Shown piece by piece: positions 10,537-20,353 of a DNA stretch of 64,000 bases (its first letter is position 1; the number at the start of each line of letters is the position of its first letter). A model generated the notes under the pieces. It was given only the letters and a program-made list of their open reading frames with translations. It searched no databases and was not told where the DNA came from. A program made the translations under genes and the position numbers. This DNA is from an uncultured delta proteobacterium (lineage in GTDB: Bacteria > Myxococcota > Myxococcia > Myxococcales > Anaeromyxobacteraceae): the NCBI GenBank assembly GCA_963814585.1, contig CAWFDF010000003.1, forward strand, positions 32,001-96,000, in the 5' to 3' direction.

Positions 10537-12915
10537 TCAGCTCGCCGCCGGCCCGAACAGCCCCAGCTGGCCCCCCTCGCCGAGCCAGCCGTCGGCGGAG
10601 AGGCCGACGGCCGAGGCGATCGACCGGGCGATGGGCAGGAGCTGCCGGTCCCGGTAGTGGGCGTGGTCGAGCGGAGAGCCGCTGCGCGCCTCGATCGGCT
10701 CGGCGCCGGCGCGGGTCATGACGTAGTCGACGCGCCCGCGGCGGTCGGTCCAGCCGAGCAGCCGCGCCGCCCTCACCTGCGGCGTCGCCGCGTCGTAGTC
10801 CCTGGCCGCCCGCCGGAGCGCCTTGCGGTAGGTGAGCTCGGCGTCGAGCTCGCCGCGGGCCAGCTGGGCGGCGATCTCCAGGCAGTAGGCCCGCAGCGCC
10901 GCCTCCGGCTCCCCGGCGAAGAGCCGCCGCAGCAGCTCCACCTGGAAGCGGCGGGCCAGCGGCGTGAAGTCGCTCCGGACCGCCTCCATGCCTCGCACCT
11001 CCACCTCGGTCGAGCCGTCGGCCGCGAGCAGGAGCCCGGCGTAGCCCTTGCCGCGCCCCCGGCCGTCGGGGCTCGAGTCCCCCTTGAGCCGCGGGATGAA
11101 GAAGCGCCGGTAGAGCTTCTCGCAGCGCATCACCAGGTGGGACTCGACGTCGAAGTCGCGCCGGATCCGCCCGGCCAGGTGCCGGTTCAGCTCCGCGGCG
11201 AGCGCCCCGCCGAGCCGGGAGAGCGCCTCGTGGCTGGCCGCGTCGTCGAGGCCCGACAGGACGAAGACCGAGTCGGTGTCGCCGTAGAGGACGTGGTGCC
11301 CGCGCTCCTCGAACCAGTCGCGCGCGGCCCGGAGGAAGAGCTGCCCGAAGGAGGTGATGGCGCCGGCCAGCTCGGTGCGGGCGTAACGGCAACCCGTGGC
11401 GCCGAGCACGCCGTAGAAGGAGTTCTGGAGGATCTTGTAGACGTAGGCGGCCGTGTCGTCGCCGGCCCGCAGCGCGGCCTCCCGCTCCACCGCGTACCTC
11501 GAGAGGATGGCCGGGAGGATCCCCTCGGTCCGGTCGAAGCGGGCGCCGTTGGGCGCGACGATGTCGCCGGGCCCGGGCCGCGCCTCGGCGCGGGCGTGGG
11601 CGAGCGGGTCGACGTGGAACGTCCGCATCAGCGAGGGGTAGAGGCTGCGGAAGTCGAAGACCAGCACGTTCGGGAACAGCCCGGCCTCGGCCTCGAGCAC
11701 CACCCCGCCCGCAGCCCCGGAGACGTCGGCGTCGCTGCGCTCCGGGGGCACGACGCGACGCGCCCGCAGCGCGGTCCCGTAGATGCGCTCGAAGGCAGGG
11801 ATGCTGGTCCAGGCCAGATCGAGCGAGACGCCGGTCAGCGCCGCCCGCCGGGCCGTCAGCGTGTCGAGGCCGGTCCTGGCCAGGATCTCCAGCACCAGCT
11901 CCGAGTCGCGCAGGCAGTAGGCGCAGAAGCGCTCCGGCTCCTCCCGCCGCAGCCGCTCGAGCTCCTCCACCTTGGCCTCGCCGCGCAGGGAGACGGTCTT
12001 GCCCTCGCCGAGGACGGCGTGCGCCACGCCGTCGAGCGAGAAGTCGTCGAGGCGGCGCCCCGAGGCGCGCACCAGGCGCAGCCCGTCGAGCACCGCGCGC
12101 CCGGGGAGCTCGGCGGTGTGCCTCGCGCCAGGGCTCGCACGCACGGTGAGATCGCCTCGGGTCCGCCCCGCGTCGAACGGGATCCCGTGTGCCCGGCAGC
12201 GGCCGGCCAGGATCCGGAGGTCGAAGTCGATGACGTTCCAGCCGGTGACGACGTCGGGATCGCGCCCCCGGAGCCGCGCCGCCAGCGCCGCCAGCAGCGC
12301 CGCCTCGGTCGGGTGGCTGATGACCGCGGACGACGGCAGCGCTGGCCCGACGAAGTGCACCTCCCCGGGCCCCTTCGGGCCGGCGAGGGAGGCGGCGGTG
12401 ACGGTGCCGGCCCGGTCGGTCTCGATGTCGAGGGCGAGCCAGGCGAGCGGGGGCGTGGTGGTCGCCGGCGTGAGCGCCGGGTCCACGAAGACCACGTCGA
12501 CCCGGCGGCCGGGGGTCGGCTCGCCGCGAATCGAGACGGGCCCGGTCAGGCCCAGCGCGAGGAGGGCCTCCGTGGCCCGGGCGCGCTCGACACCCCGGCC
12601 CGGGACGCCGGCGGCGGCCAGCCGGGCCAGCGCGTCCTCCGGCGAGCCCTTCCCGAGGTCGATGCGGGCGAGCGGGTCACCGGCGAGGTCGGCCCACGGC
12701 GCCACGTCGAGCGCGGCGTCGTGGGAGCGGGCGAGCAGGTCGAGCGCGCCGGGCCCATCCGCCGCGGCCACGAAGACCGCCGGCGGCGGCGCGGGGAGCA
12801 GGAGGGCGAAGCTGCGTCCGTCCTCGAGCCGGCCGGTGGCCAGGAGGCGGCGCGCCGCCGCTCCACGCCCGCGCTCCTCCCAGGCCGAGACGATGAACCC
12901 GCGCACCTCGGTCAC
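10537..12915 (-). CDS. polB: family B DNA polymerase (DNA polymerase II)
   Basis: Exonuclease motifs LDIETD, GWNVIDFD and YCLRD. Polymerase motifs DFRSLYPS, KILQNSFYG and YGDTDS. GTG start at 12915. Confidence 0.92.
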   Translation of the reverse strand: MTEVRGFIVSAWEERGRGAAARRLLATGRLEDGRSFALLLPAPPPAVFVAAADGPGALDLLARSHDAALDVAPWADLAGDPLARIDLGKGSPEDALARLAAAGVPGRGVERARATEALLALGLTGPVSIRGEPTPGRRVDVVFVDPALTPATTTPPLAWLALDIETDRAGTVTAASLAGPKGPGEVHFVGPALPSSAVISHPTEAALLAALAARLRGRDPDVVTGWNVIDFDLRILAGRCRAHGIPFDAGRTRGDLTVRASPGARHTAELPGRAVLDGLRLVRASGRRLDDFSLDGVAHAVLGEGKTVSLRGEAKVEELERLRREEPERFCAYCLRDSELVLEILARTGLDTLTARRAALTGVSLDLAWTSIPAFERIYGTALRARRVVPPERSDADVSGAAGGVVLEAEAGLFPNVLVFDFRSLYPSLMRTFHVDPLAHARAEARPGPGDIVAPNGARFDRTEGILPAILSRYAVEREAALRAGDDTAAYVYKILQNSFYGVLGATGCRYARTELAGAITSFGQLFLRAARDWFEERGHHVLYGDTDSVFVLSGLDDAASHEALSRLGGALAAELNRHLAGRIRRDFDVESHLVMRCEKLYRRFFIPRLKGDSSPDGRGRGKGYAGLLLAADGSTEVEVRGMEAVRSDFTPLARRFQVELLRRLFAGEPEAALRAYCLEIAAQLARGELDAELTYRKALRRAARDYDAATPQVRAARLLGWTDRRGRVDYVMTRAGAEPIEARSGSPLDHAHYRDRQLLPIARSIASAVGLSADGWLGEGGQLGLFGPAAS

Positions 12916-12964
12916 CGGTTCACCCTCCGCCAGGGGTCCAGCCGCCGTCGCGGTGGCACGCGGT

Positions 12965-13416
12965 TCAGTCGGCCCGGGCGTGAAGGCTGGCGCCGAGCCA
13001 GGCGCACGGGACGGAGCTGAGCGCCAGCAGGATCGGGTACCAGGCCGGGCCCAGGTCGGCGGAGATGGCCGCGACGGCACCGAGCGAGCCGAGGACGAGG
13101 CCGATTCCCCCAGGACCAGCGCGTGGCGCATGGGCCGGCGCGGCGCCGCCCGCGCGGTGAGGTAGCTCCCCAGCACGGCGATGGGGAGCCGGTAGGCGAG
13201 GGCCAGGAGGTTGAGGGCCGGGCTGTGCATGGGCTGGCCCCAGGGCGGGTAGACGTGGAGCAGGTGGAGCAGCTGGTCCGTGCCGAGCGAGAGGGCGAAG
13301 ATGGTGACCAGGCCGAGGAGCACGGCGCCGACGCTGCGCGGCACGCTCCCCGGCTGGGACGAGGCTGGTTCGGTCGCAGGCAAGGCGGACCTCCCGGTTG
13401 GGGCCTTTCTGGTCAT
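12965..13416 (-). CDS. hypothetical 4-TM membrane protein (homopolymer frameshift at ~13108)
   Basis: The hydrophobic ORF continues in the shifted frame as IGLVLGSLGAVAAISADLGPAWYPILLAL...* The ORF track's apparent fusion to polB is an artefact of the shift. Confidence 0.7.
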
Positions 13417-13609
13417 AGCGGCCGGCGCCGGCAGCTGCCAGCGCCCACCGAGGTGACGCTCCCGGCTCGCGGACCGACGACGGCTTCGCCAGGACAGTCT
13501 AGTCACTACGGGTCAACTCGAGTTCCCGCCACCCTTCCTCGGGAACTTGCCTTCCCATGCCCCTCGGGTGGCCGGGGAGCCGGGCGGACCGCGGGACGGA
13601 GGAGGACTC

Positions 13610-14602
13610 GTGAAGGCCTACACCTACGACCGGTACGGACCGCCCGAGGTCCTCCAGCTGACGGAGGTCCCGAAGCCGTTGCCCGGAGACCACGAGGTCC
13701 TCGTCAGGATCCGGGCGACCACGGTCACCTCGGGCGACTGGAGGGTTCGCAGCCTCGAGGTCCCGCGAGGCTTCAAGCTCCTCTCCCGGCTGGCGCTGGG
13801 CTTCTCCAGGCCGCGACAGCCCATCCTGGGGACCGAGCTCTCCGGCGAGATCGAGTCGGTCGGGAAGGCGGTCACCCGCTTCCGGGTGGGCGACCAGGTC
13901 TTCGGCTTCACCGGCGCCCGCATGGGCTGCCACGCCGAGTACCGGTGCCTCCCCGAGGAGGGGCATGGGCGGAAGGACGAGGCGGTGGCGCTCAAGCCGG
14001 CCAGCCTGGGCCACGAGGAGGCGGCGGCCCTGTCCTTCGGCGGCACGACCGCGCTCAGCTTCTACCGGAAGGCGAGCCTCCAGCGCGGGGAGCGGGTGCT
14101 GGTGATCGGCGCCTCGGGCGGGGTGGGGACCGCCGCGGTGCAGCTGGCCCGGCACTTCGGGGCCCAGGTGACCGGCGTGTGCAGCACGGCCAACCTCGAG
14201 CTGGTGCGGTCGCTCGGGGCCGGCCGGGTGATCGACTACACCAGGGAGGACTTCACCCGGAACGGCGAGGCCTACGACGTCATCGTCGACACGGCCGGCA
14301 CCGCCCCCTTCTCGCGCTGCAGGGGGTCGCTCGCCGAGGGGGGGCGGCTGCTCCTGGTCCTGGGCTCGCTCCCCGAGATGCTGCGAGCTCCCTGGGTGTC
14401 GCTCACGTCGACCCGGAGGATCATCGGCGGCGAGGCCAGCTGGAGCGTGGAGGACCTGCGCGTCCTGGCGGTCCTCGCCGAGTCCGGGGAGTTCAGGCCG
14501 GTGATCGATCGGCGTTACCGCTTCGAGGAGATGGTCGATGCCCACCGCCACGTGGACGCGGGGCACAAGCGGGGGAACGTCGTCGTGACGGTGTCCGGGT
14601 AG
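13610..14602 (+). CDS. NAD(P)-dependent MDR-family alcohol dehydrogenase/enoyl reductase
   Basis: GGAGG RBS, YGPPEVL, GASGGVGTAAVQLA and GHKRGNVVV motifs. Confidence 0.9.
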   Translation: MKAYTYDRYGPPEVLQLTEVPKPLPGDHEVLVRIRATTVTSGDWRVRSLEVPRGFKLLSRLALGFSRPRQPILGTELSGEIESVGKAVTRFRVGDQVFGFTGARMGCHAEYRCLPEEGHGRKDEAVALKPASLGHEEAAALSFGGTTALSFYRKASLQRGERVLVIGASGGVGTAAVQLARHFGAQVTGVCSTANLELVRSLGAGRVIDYTREDFTRNGEAYDVIVDTAGTAPFSRCRGSLAEGGRLLLVLGSLPEMLRAPWVSLTSTRRIIGGEASWSVEDLRVLAVLAESGEFRPVIDRRYRFEEMVDAHRHVDAGHKRGNVVVTVSG

Positions 14603-14633
14603 GCCGCTCCAGGGCCCGGCGAGGAGACGAACC

Positions 14634-15396
14634 ATGGACGGCGGCCAGAAGGTCCTCCTCCTCGGTGCCACCGGGCGCACCGGCCGGCTCGTGCTGGAGC
14701 AGCTCCTCGAGCGGGGCGTCGGCGTCCGCGCCATCGTGCGCTCGGCCCGCGGGCTCCCGGCGGGCGCCGCGGGCCACCCGCGACTGGAGGTGGTGGAGGC
14801 CGGCCTCCTGTCGCTTCCCGACGAGGCGCTGCGGAACCAGCTCCAGGGGTGCCAGGCGGTGGTGTCCTGCCTCGGCCACGTCCTCAACGCCAAGGGGATT
14901 CTGGGGGAAGCCGCGGGACCTGGTCACCAGGGCCACGGCGCGGCTGTGCCGGGGGATCGAGGCGCTCCGGCCCGCCGCGCCGGTCAAGCTGGTGCTGATG
15001 AGCAGCGTCTCCGTGATGCGGCCAGGCCGCCTCGACGCGCGCCGGGGCGGACTGGAGCGGGCGTTCATGGGCCTGGTTCGCGGCCTGCTCCCCCCGGCCA
15101 GGGACAACCAGCGGGCCGCCGACTTCCTCCTGGCGGAGGTCGGGGCCAGCCACCCGTTCCTCCAGTGGGTGGTGGTCCGGCCGGACACGCTCCTGGCCGG
15201 GGAGCTCACCCGGTATGCGCTGCACGACGGGCTGGTGAACGGCCTCTTCGATCCCGGCAGCACCAGCATGGCCAGCGTCGCCCACTTCATGTGCGAGCTG
15301 GTGACGAACCCCGAGGCGTGGGCGACCTGGCGGGGAAAGCTCCCCGTCATCGTCAACGCCGCCGCACCGGACGCCACCGCCACCGCTCCCGGCTGA
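14634..15396 (+). CDS. NAD(P)H-binding flavin-reductase-like protein (frameshift at ~14905)
   Basis: LGATGRTG N-terminus and WVVVRPDTL in the shifted frame. The shift falls in a G-run. Confidence 0.8.
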
Positions 15397-15552
15397 ACGG
15401 CGCGGTAGGTCGAGGGAGAACCTGCCGAGGCCCGGCTGAGTGGCGCGATGGGGTCCAGCACGGCGCCTGCCTTGGCAGTGGACCCCCTTCCCGACCGGAT
15501 CAGTCGCCAGTGGATGCCGGCTCGTCGCCCGCGGCCAGGTCGCCAGCAAGGC

Positions 15553-15586
15553 AGAGGCCCCGCGGTCGGTGGACCGTGGGGCCTCT
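15553..15586. terminator. strong hairpin between convergent genes
   Basis: agaggccccgcggtc-ggtg-gaccgtggggcctct, a 15-bp stem with one G-U pair. Confidence 0.6.
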
Positions 15587-15614
15587 CCATCCCTGCCGCG
15601 TGAGCGCGACCGGG

Positions 15615-16718
15615 CTACGGCGTCGGCTCGACGACCGTGCTGGCGTCGATGGCGACCGCGGTCTGCGCCAGCAACCTGCCGTTGACCGACGCGCCGGTGC
15701 GCAGCGTGATCGAGGTCTGGCTCAGCACCACACCCTCGAGGTGGGCCGTGGTGCCGAGGTCCACCAGGCCGGCGACCTGCCAGACGACGTTCCTGGGAAG
15801 GGCGCCGCCGGCCAGGTTGATCCGGACGCCGCTGCTCAGCGTGAGGTCCTGGGCGATCTGGAAGATCCAGACGTCCGTGGCCAGGCCGGTGAGCGTGAGG
15901 TCACTGGGGATGAGGAGGCCCGTCCCCCACTTGTAGACGCCCGGGGCCAGGTTCATGCCGCCCACGTTGCCGGCGCCCAGCTCGGTGACGCCCGGAGCGC
16001 GCCCGGCCGCGTCGGTGAAGGCCAGCCCCATGTCGGCGATCGCCGTGGTCAGGTTGGAGGGCGTGGGCACGGCATAGTCGGCGGCGTAGACCTTCCCGGT
16101 CACCTGCGGCGAGCTCGAGAAGGCGTTGGTGGCGTCGGCGATCAGCGAGAAGCCGGTGATGTAGGTGGCAGCCGCCGGGCTGACGCCGAGGTTCCCGATG
16201 ATGACGGAGGCCGGGACCGTGGAGATTCCGCTCTGGGCGAGGATGGCGAAGCCGCCAGCCGATCCGAGGTTCACCGGGAGCCCCGGAGCCAGGACCGACC
16301 CGGTGCCGAAGCTCCAGGCGGTCTTCGTGGCCATGGCCATGCCCGAGGCGCTCCTGGCGCCCGTGGTGATGGTCGCGGTGTAGGAACCGTTGCTGTCGAA
16401 GTGGGCGGCTGGCCAGAACTCCACCCTGGAGCTGGCGTACACCACGGTACCGGCGACGGGGATCGAGTTGACGCCCGAGGTCAGGGTGAAGGTGGCCCCG
16501 GTCAGCGAGGCCGGATCCATCGCTTCACTGAAGGTGGCGCTGACGCTCCCGTTGAGGGCCACGTCGATGGCGCCGTTGACGGGAACGCTGGAGAGGACGG
16601 TGGGTGCGACGGGTCCAGCCGGCAGGTCTGCCGGGGAAGTCCCGCCGCAGGCCGAGAACAAGGTGAGGAGCGTGAACGCGGCGGCTCCCCCGAGCAGATG
16701 CGACCTGAAGTTCATCAT
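15615..16718 (-). CDS. lipoprotein with Ig-like (Big_5-type) domain and DUF3494 ice-binding-like domain
   Basis: Lipobox FSAC, Ig-like TFSEAMDPAS, then VNLGSAGGFAILAQSGIS, LAPGVYKW, WIFQIA, NVVWQVAG and NGRLLAQTAV. Confidence 0.9.
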   Translation of the reverse strand: MMNFRSHLLGGAAAFTLLTLFSACGGTSPADLPAGPVAPTVLSSVPVNGAIDVALNGSVSATFSEAMDPASLTGATFTLTSGVNSIPVAGTVVYASSRVEFWPAAHFDSNGSYTATITTGARSASGMAMATKTAWSFGTGSVLAPGLPVNLGSAGGFAILAQSGISTVPASVIIGNLGVSPAAATYITGFSLIADATNAFSSSPQVTGKVYAADYAVPTPSNLTTAIADMGLAFTDAAGRAPGVTELGAGNVGGMNLAPGVYKWGTGLLIPSDLTLTGLATDVWIFQIAQDLTLSSGVRINLAGGALPRNVVWQVAGLVDLGTTAHLEGVVLSQTSITLRTGASVNGRLLAQTAVAIDASTVVEPTP

Positions 16719-16806
16719 GTCGTACTCCGTGGTGCGAGTGAGTGGTGGGGACTCGGGTACGGCGCTCCGCCGGGGGCGGGGCCTCCTCCGTCTCTTCCGG
16801 ACCAAG

Positions 16807-16822
16807 AGCAGCTTCCGGGCCA
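16807..16822 (-). promoter_or_regulatory. putative sigma54 (-24/-12) promoter of the DUF3494 gene
   Basis: The minus strand reads TGGCCCGGAAGCTGCT (GG-N10-GC), about 90 bp upstream of the start codon. Confidence 0.6.
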
Positions 16823-16891
16823 CCGGTGCCGGCCGAGCAAGATCAGGTCCTTGGCGGCCTTCGCGCCCCGCGCCACCCGGTGGGCCCTTCA

Positions 16892-16916
16892 AACTGATAC
16901 GGTTCATCCATCAGTT
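16892..16916. promoter_or_regulatory. inverted repeat, candidate enhancer (UAS) for the sigma54 activator
   Basis: AACTGAT-N11-ATCAGTT lies 70-95 bp upstream of the -24 box. Confidence 0.45.
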
Positions 16917-17065
16917 CGAAGGAGGAGCGCGGCGGAACGCAGCGCTCCGGCCCCACAACATCCCGGATTCAGGCGACGCCCCTGGTGGCTCCACTGTTGC
17001 AGACCTTGGTGGAGGTCTCCCTTGGCTTCGCTCGTCTTTCCTGCCGGAGGCCCGAGGTCATCGCC

Positions 17066-18814
17066 ATGAACCCAGCCACCACCGCCGCCAACGACGGCTC
17101 CCGCCGCGCCGAAGTCATCACCGAGGGCCGACGCCAGGAGGCCCTGCTGACGGCGGAGGCCCTCCAGAACGCCATCTTCAACAGCGCCAACTTCTCCAGC
17201 ATCGCCACCGATGCCAGGGGCGTCATCCAGATCTTCAACGTCGGCGCCGAGCGGATGCTCGGGTACACCGCCGCCGAGGTGATGAACCAGATCACGCCAG
17301 CCGACATCTCGGATCCGCAGGAGGTGATCGCGCGCGCCACCGCCCTGAGCCTCGAGTTCTCCACCGAGATCGCGCCGGGCTTCGAGGCCCTGGTCTTCAA
17401 GGCCTCGCGCGAGATCGAGGACATCTACGAGCTGACCTACATCCGCAAGGATGGGAGCCGCTTCCCGGCCATGGTGTCGGTCACGGCGCTGCGCGACGAG
17501 TCCGGCGCCATCATCGGATACCTCCTCATCGGCACCGACAACACCGCCCGCAAGCGGGTGGAGGCCGAGCAACAGAAGCTCGACCAGCTCCTGCGCGATC
17601 AGAACGTCGAGCTGAACGCCGCCAAGGTGGTCGCCGAGAAGGCCAACCTGGCGAAGTCCGACTTCCTCTCCAGCATGAGCCACGAGCTCCGCTCCCCGCT
17701 CAACGGGATCCTGGGCTTCGCCCAGCTGATGGAGTCCGAGCTGCCTCCGCCGACGCCGCGCCAGCAGGAGAGCATCGGCCAGATCCTCCAGGCCGGCTGG
17801 CACCTGCTCAAGCTCATCAACGAGATCCTCGATCTCGCCAAGGTCGAGTCGGGGAAGCTGGCGCTGTCGCCGGAGTCGGTGTCGCTCGCCGAGGTCATGG
17901 TCGAGTGCCAGGCCCTGGTCGAGGGGCAGGCGCAGAAGCGCGGCATCCAGATCACCTTCCCCCAGTCCAACGTCCCCTTCTTCGTCCGCGCCGATCGGAC
18001 CAGGCTGAAGCAGGTCCTCATCAACCTCCTCTCCAATGCGGTCAAGTACAACCGCACGCTGGGAACGGTCGAGGTGCGATGCGCCGCCGGCACGCCGGGG
18101 CGCATCCGGGTCAGCATCCGCGACACCGGCGTGGGCCTGTCTCCGGAGCGGCGTGCGCAGCTGTTCCAGCCCTTCAACCGGCTGGGACAGGAGGCCAGCG
18201 GCGTCGAGGGCACCGGCATCGGGCTGGTGGTGGCCAAGCAGCTCATCGAGCTGATGGAGGGCGTCATCGGCGTGGAGAGCGCGGTGGGCGTGGGAAGCAC
18301 CTTCTGGTTCGAGCTGGTGGCCGCCACCGAGCCGCAGTTCGCGCTGAGCAGCGGGGAGCCGGACATGCCCGCGCCGTCGCTGGTCCAGGGCAGCCGGCCG
18401 GTGCGACTGCTGCTCTACGTGGAAGACAACCTCGCCAACCTGAAGCTGGTCGAGCGGCTCATCGAGCGCCGGCCCGACCTCTCCCTGATCAGCGCGGTGA
18501 CCGGGGCCCGTGGCATCCAGCTGGCGCGCTCGCGCCGGCCCGACGTGGTCCTGATGGACATCAACCTGCCCGACATGAGCGGCCTCGAGGCCCTGGTGGT
18601 CCTGCGAGGGGACCCGGCCACGGCGCACATCCCCGTCATCGCCATCAGCGCCAACGCCATGCCGCACGACATCAACAAGGGCCGGCAGGCAGGGTTCTTC
18701 GAGTACCTCACCAAGCCCATCAAGGTGAACGAGTTCACCGAGACGCTCGACGCCGCGCTGGAGCTGGCGGGGCAGCGGTCGGGGCGGGCGCCCGCTCCTG
18801 GAGTGCCGGCGTGA
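17066..18814 (+). CDS. PAS-domain hybrid sensor histidine kinase
   Basis: PAS domain, H-box MSHELRSPL, N-box NLLSNAVKY, G-boxes DTGVG/GTGIGL and a C-terminal receiver (LMDINLP). Confidence 0.93.
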   Translation: MNPATTAANDGSRRAEVITEGRRQEALLTAEALQNAIFNSANFSSIATDARGVIQIFNVGAERMLGYTAAEVMNQITPADISDPQEVIARATALSLEFSTEIAPGFEALVFKASREIEDIYELTYIRKDGSRFPAMVSVTALRDESGAIIGYLLIGTDNTARKRVEAEQQKLDQLLRDQNVELNAAKVVAEKANLAKSDFLSSMSHELRSPLNGILGFAQLMESELPPPTPRQQESIGQILQAGWHLLKLINEILDLAKVESGKLALSPESVSLAEVMVECQALVEGQAQKRGIQITFPQSNVPFFVRADRTRLKQVLINLLSNAVKYNRTLGTVEVRCAAGTPGRIRVSIRDTGVGLSPERRAQLFQPFNRLGQEASGVEGTGIGLVVAKQLIELMEGVIGVESAVGVGSTFWFELVAATEPQFALSSGEPDMPAPSLVQGSRPVRLLLYVEDNLANLKLVERLIERRPDLSLISAVTGARGIQLARSRRPDVVLMDINLPDMSGLEALVVLRGDPATAHIPVIAISANAMPHDINKGRQAGFFEYLTKPIKVNEFTETLDAALELAGQRSGRAPAPGVPA

Positions 18815-20325
18815 TCGGCGCCAGCGAGGTTCGCGCCGGCAAGATCCTGATCGTCGACGACCAGGAGGCCAACGTGCGGCTGCTCGAGCGTGCGCTGGGC
18901 GACGCCGGCTACACCGGCCTCGCCTCGACCGTCCGGCCAGGGGAGGTCTGCGAGCTTCACCGGGCCAACCGCTACGACCTCATCCTGCTCGACCTGGTCA
19001 TGCCCGGGATGGATGGCTTCCAGGTGATGGAGGGGCTGAAGGAGCTCGAGGAGGACGGCTACCTCCCCGTCCTGGTGGTCACCGCCCAGCCCGAGCACAA
19101 GCTGCGAGCGCTGCGCGCCGGCGCCAGGGACTTCGTCAGCAAGCCCCTGGACCTCGCCGAGGTGGTGGCCCGCGTCCACAACCTGCTCGAGGTCCGCCTC
19201 CTGCACCAGGAGACGAGGCGCCTCTACGAGCAGGTGGTGGCCGAGCAGGCGGCGCAGCGGGTGCTGGAGCGCGCGCTGCTGGAGTCCCGGGCAGCCACCG
19301 AGCGGGCCGAGCTGGAGCACCAGCGGGCGCTGGCCCGCGCCGCGCTGAAGGTCGAGGAGCCGCAGGGCATGGTCGCCAGGAGCCCCGCCATGCGGCAGCT
19401 GATCGACCTGGCCCGCCGCGTGGCCCGGGTCGACTCGACGGTCCTCATCACCGGAGAGAGCGGGTCGGGCAAGGAGCGCATCGCGCGGCTGGTCCACGAG
19501 GAGTCCACCAGGTCGGCCGGCCCGTTCATCGCGGTCAACTGCGGCGCCATCACCGAGACCCTCCTGGAGAGCGAGCTGTTCGGGCACGTGCGGGGCGCGT
19601 TCACGGGCGCGACCCAGGACCGGCCGGGCCTGTTCGAGGCCGCCGACGGTGGGACCCTGCTGCTCGACGAGGTCGGAGAGGTGTCGCCGGCCATGCAGGT
19701 CAAGCTCCTGAGGGCGATCCAGGAGCGCGAGGTCCGGCGCGTCGGCGAGAACCGGATCCGCCGGGTCGACGTGCGCATCCTGGCTGCCACCAACCGCGAT
19801 CTCGCCCACGGGGTGGCAGGCGGCGCCTTCCGGCAGGACCTCTACTACCGGCTCAAGGTGGTCGAGCTGCGGGTGCCTGCCCTGCGCGAGCGCCCGGAGG
19901 ACCTGCTGCCGCTGGCCCGGGTCCTCCTGTCCGGCGTTGCGCTGCGGATGAAGCGCCCCGTCCCCGGCCTCTCCCGGGAGGCCGCCGAGCAGCTGGCGCG
20001 CTTCTCCTGGCCAGGGAACGTGCGCGAGCTCGAGAACGCCATGGAGCGCTCGGTGGCGCTGGCGAGAGGTGCCCGCGTGGAGCTCGATGACCTGCCCGAG
20101 GAGGTCCGGCAAGCGCCTTCCCTCCCGGTGGTCGCCAGCGGGGCGGTGCGGCCGCTGGAGGAGATCGAGAAGGACTACATCCTCTCGGCGCTGGCGCTGA
20201 ACGGTGGGCATCAGACCAACACCGCCGCTCAGCTCCAGATCGGCTCGGCGACGCTCTACCGCAAGCTCAAGAGTTACGGCCTGATCGGCGCCAGGCGCGC
20301 CAGCCAGCGGGTCGAGCCGGCCTGA
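18811..20325 (+). CDS. response regulator: receiver + sigma54 AAA+ activator + Fis HTH
   Basis: IVDD/LLDLVMP receiver, [29 protein letters not shown] and TLYRKLK. The GTG start overlaps the kinase stop. Confidence 0.93.
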   Translation: MIGASEVRAGKILIVDDQEANVRLLERALGDAGYTGLASTVRPGEVCELHRANRYDLILLDLVMPGMDGFQVMEGLKELEEDGYLPVLVVTAQPEHKLRALRAGARDFVSKPLDLAEVVARVHNLLEVRLLHQETRRLYEQVVAEQAAQRVLERALLESRAATERAELEHQRALARAALKVEEPQGMVARSPAMRQLIDLARRVARVDSTVLITGESGSGKERIARLVHEESTRSAGPFIAVNCGAITETLLESELFGHVRGAFTGATQDRPGLFEAADGGTLLLDEVGEVSPAMQVKLLRAIQEREVRRVGENRIRRVDVRILAATNRDLAHGVAGGAFRQDLYYRLKVVELRVPALRERPEDLLPLARVLLSGVALRMKRPVPGLSREAAEQLARFSWPGNVRELENAMERSVALARGARVELDDLPEEVRQAPSLPVVASGAVRPLEEIEKDYILSALALNGGHQTNTAAQLQIGSATLYRKLKSYGLIGARRASQRVEPA

Positions 20326-20353
20326 CGGCGTCGCGGCAGCGGGCCGTGACCCG

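Noticed and set aside
10537..13506. 989-aa membrane protein-DNA polymerase fusion shown in the ORF track
   Set aside because: A one-base loss in a G-run at ~13108 explains it. The shifted frame completes a normal membrane protein ending at 12965, and polB has its own GTG start.
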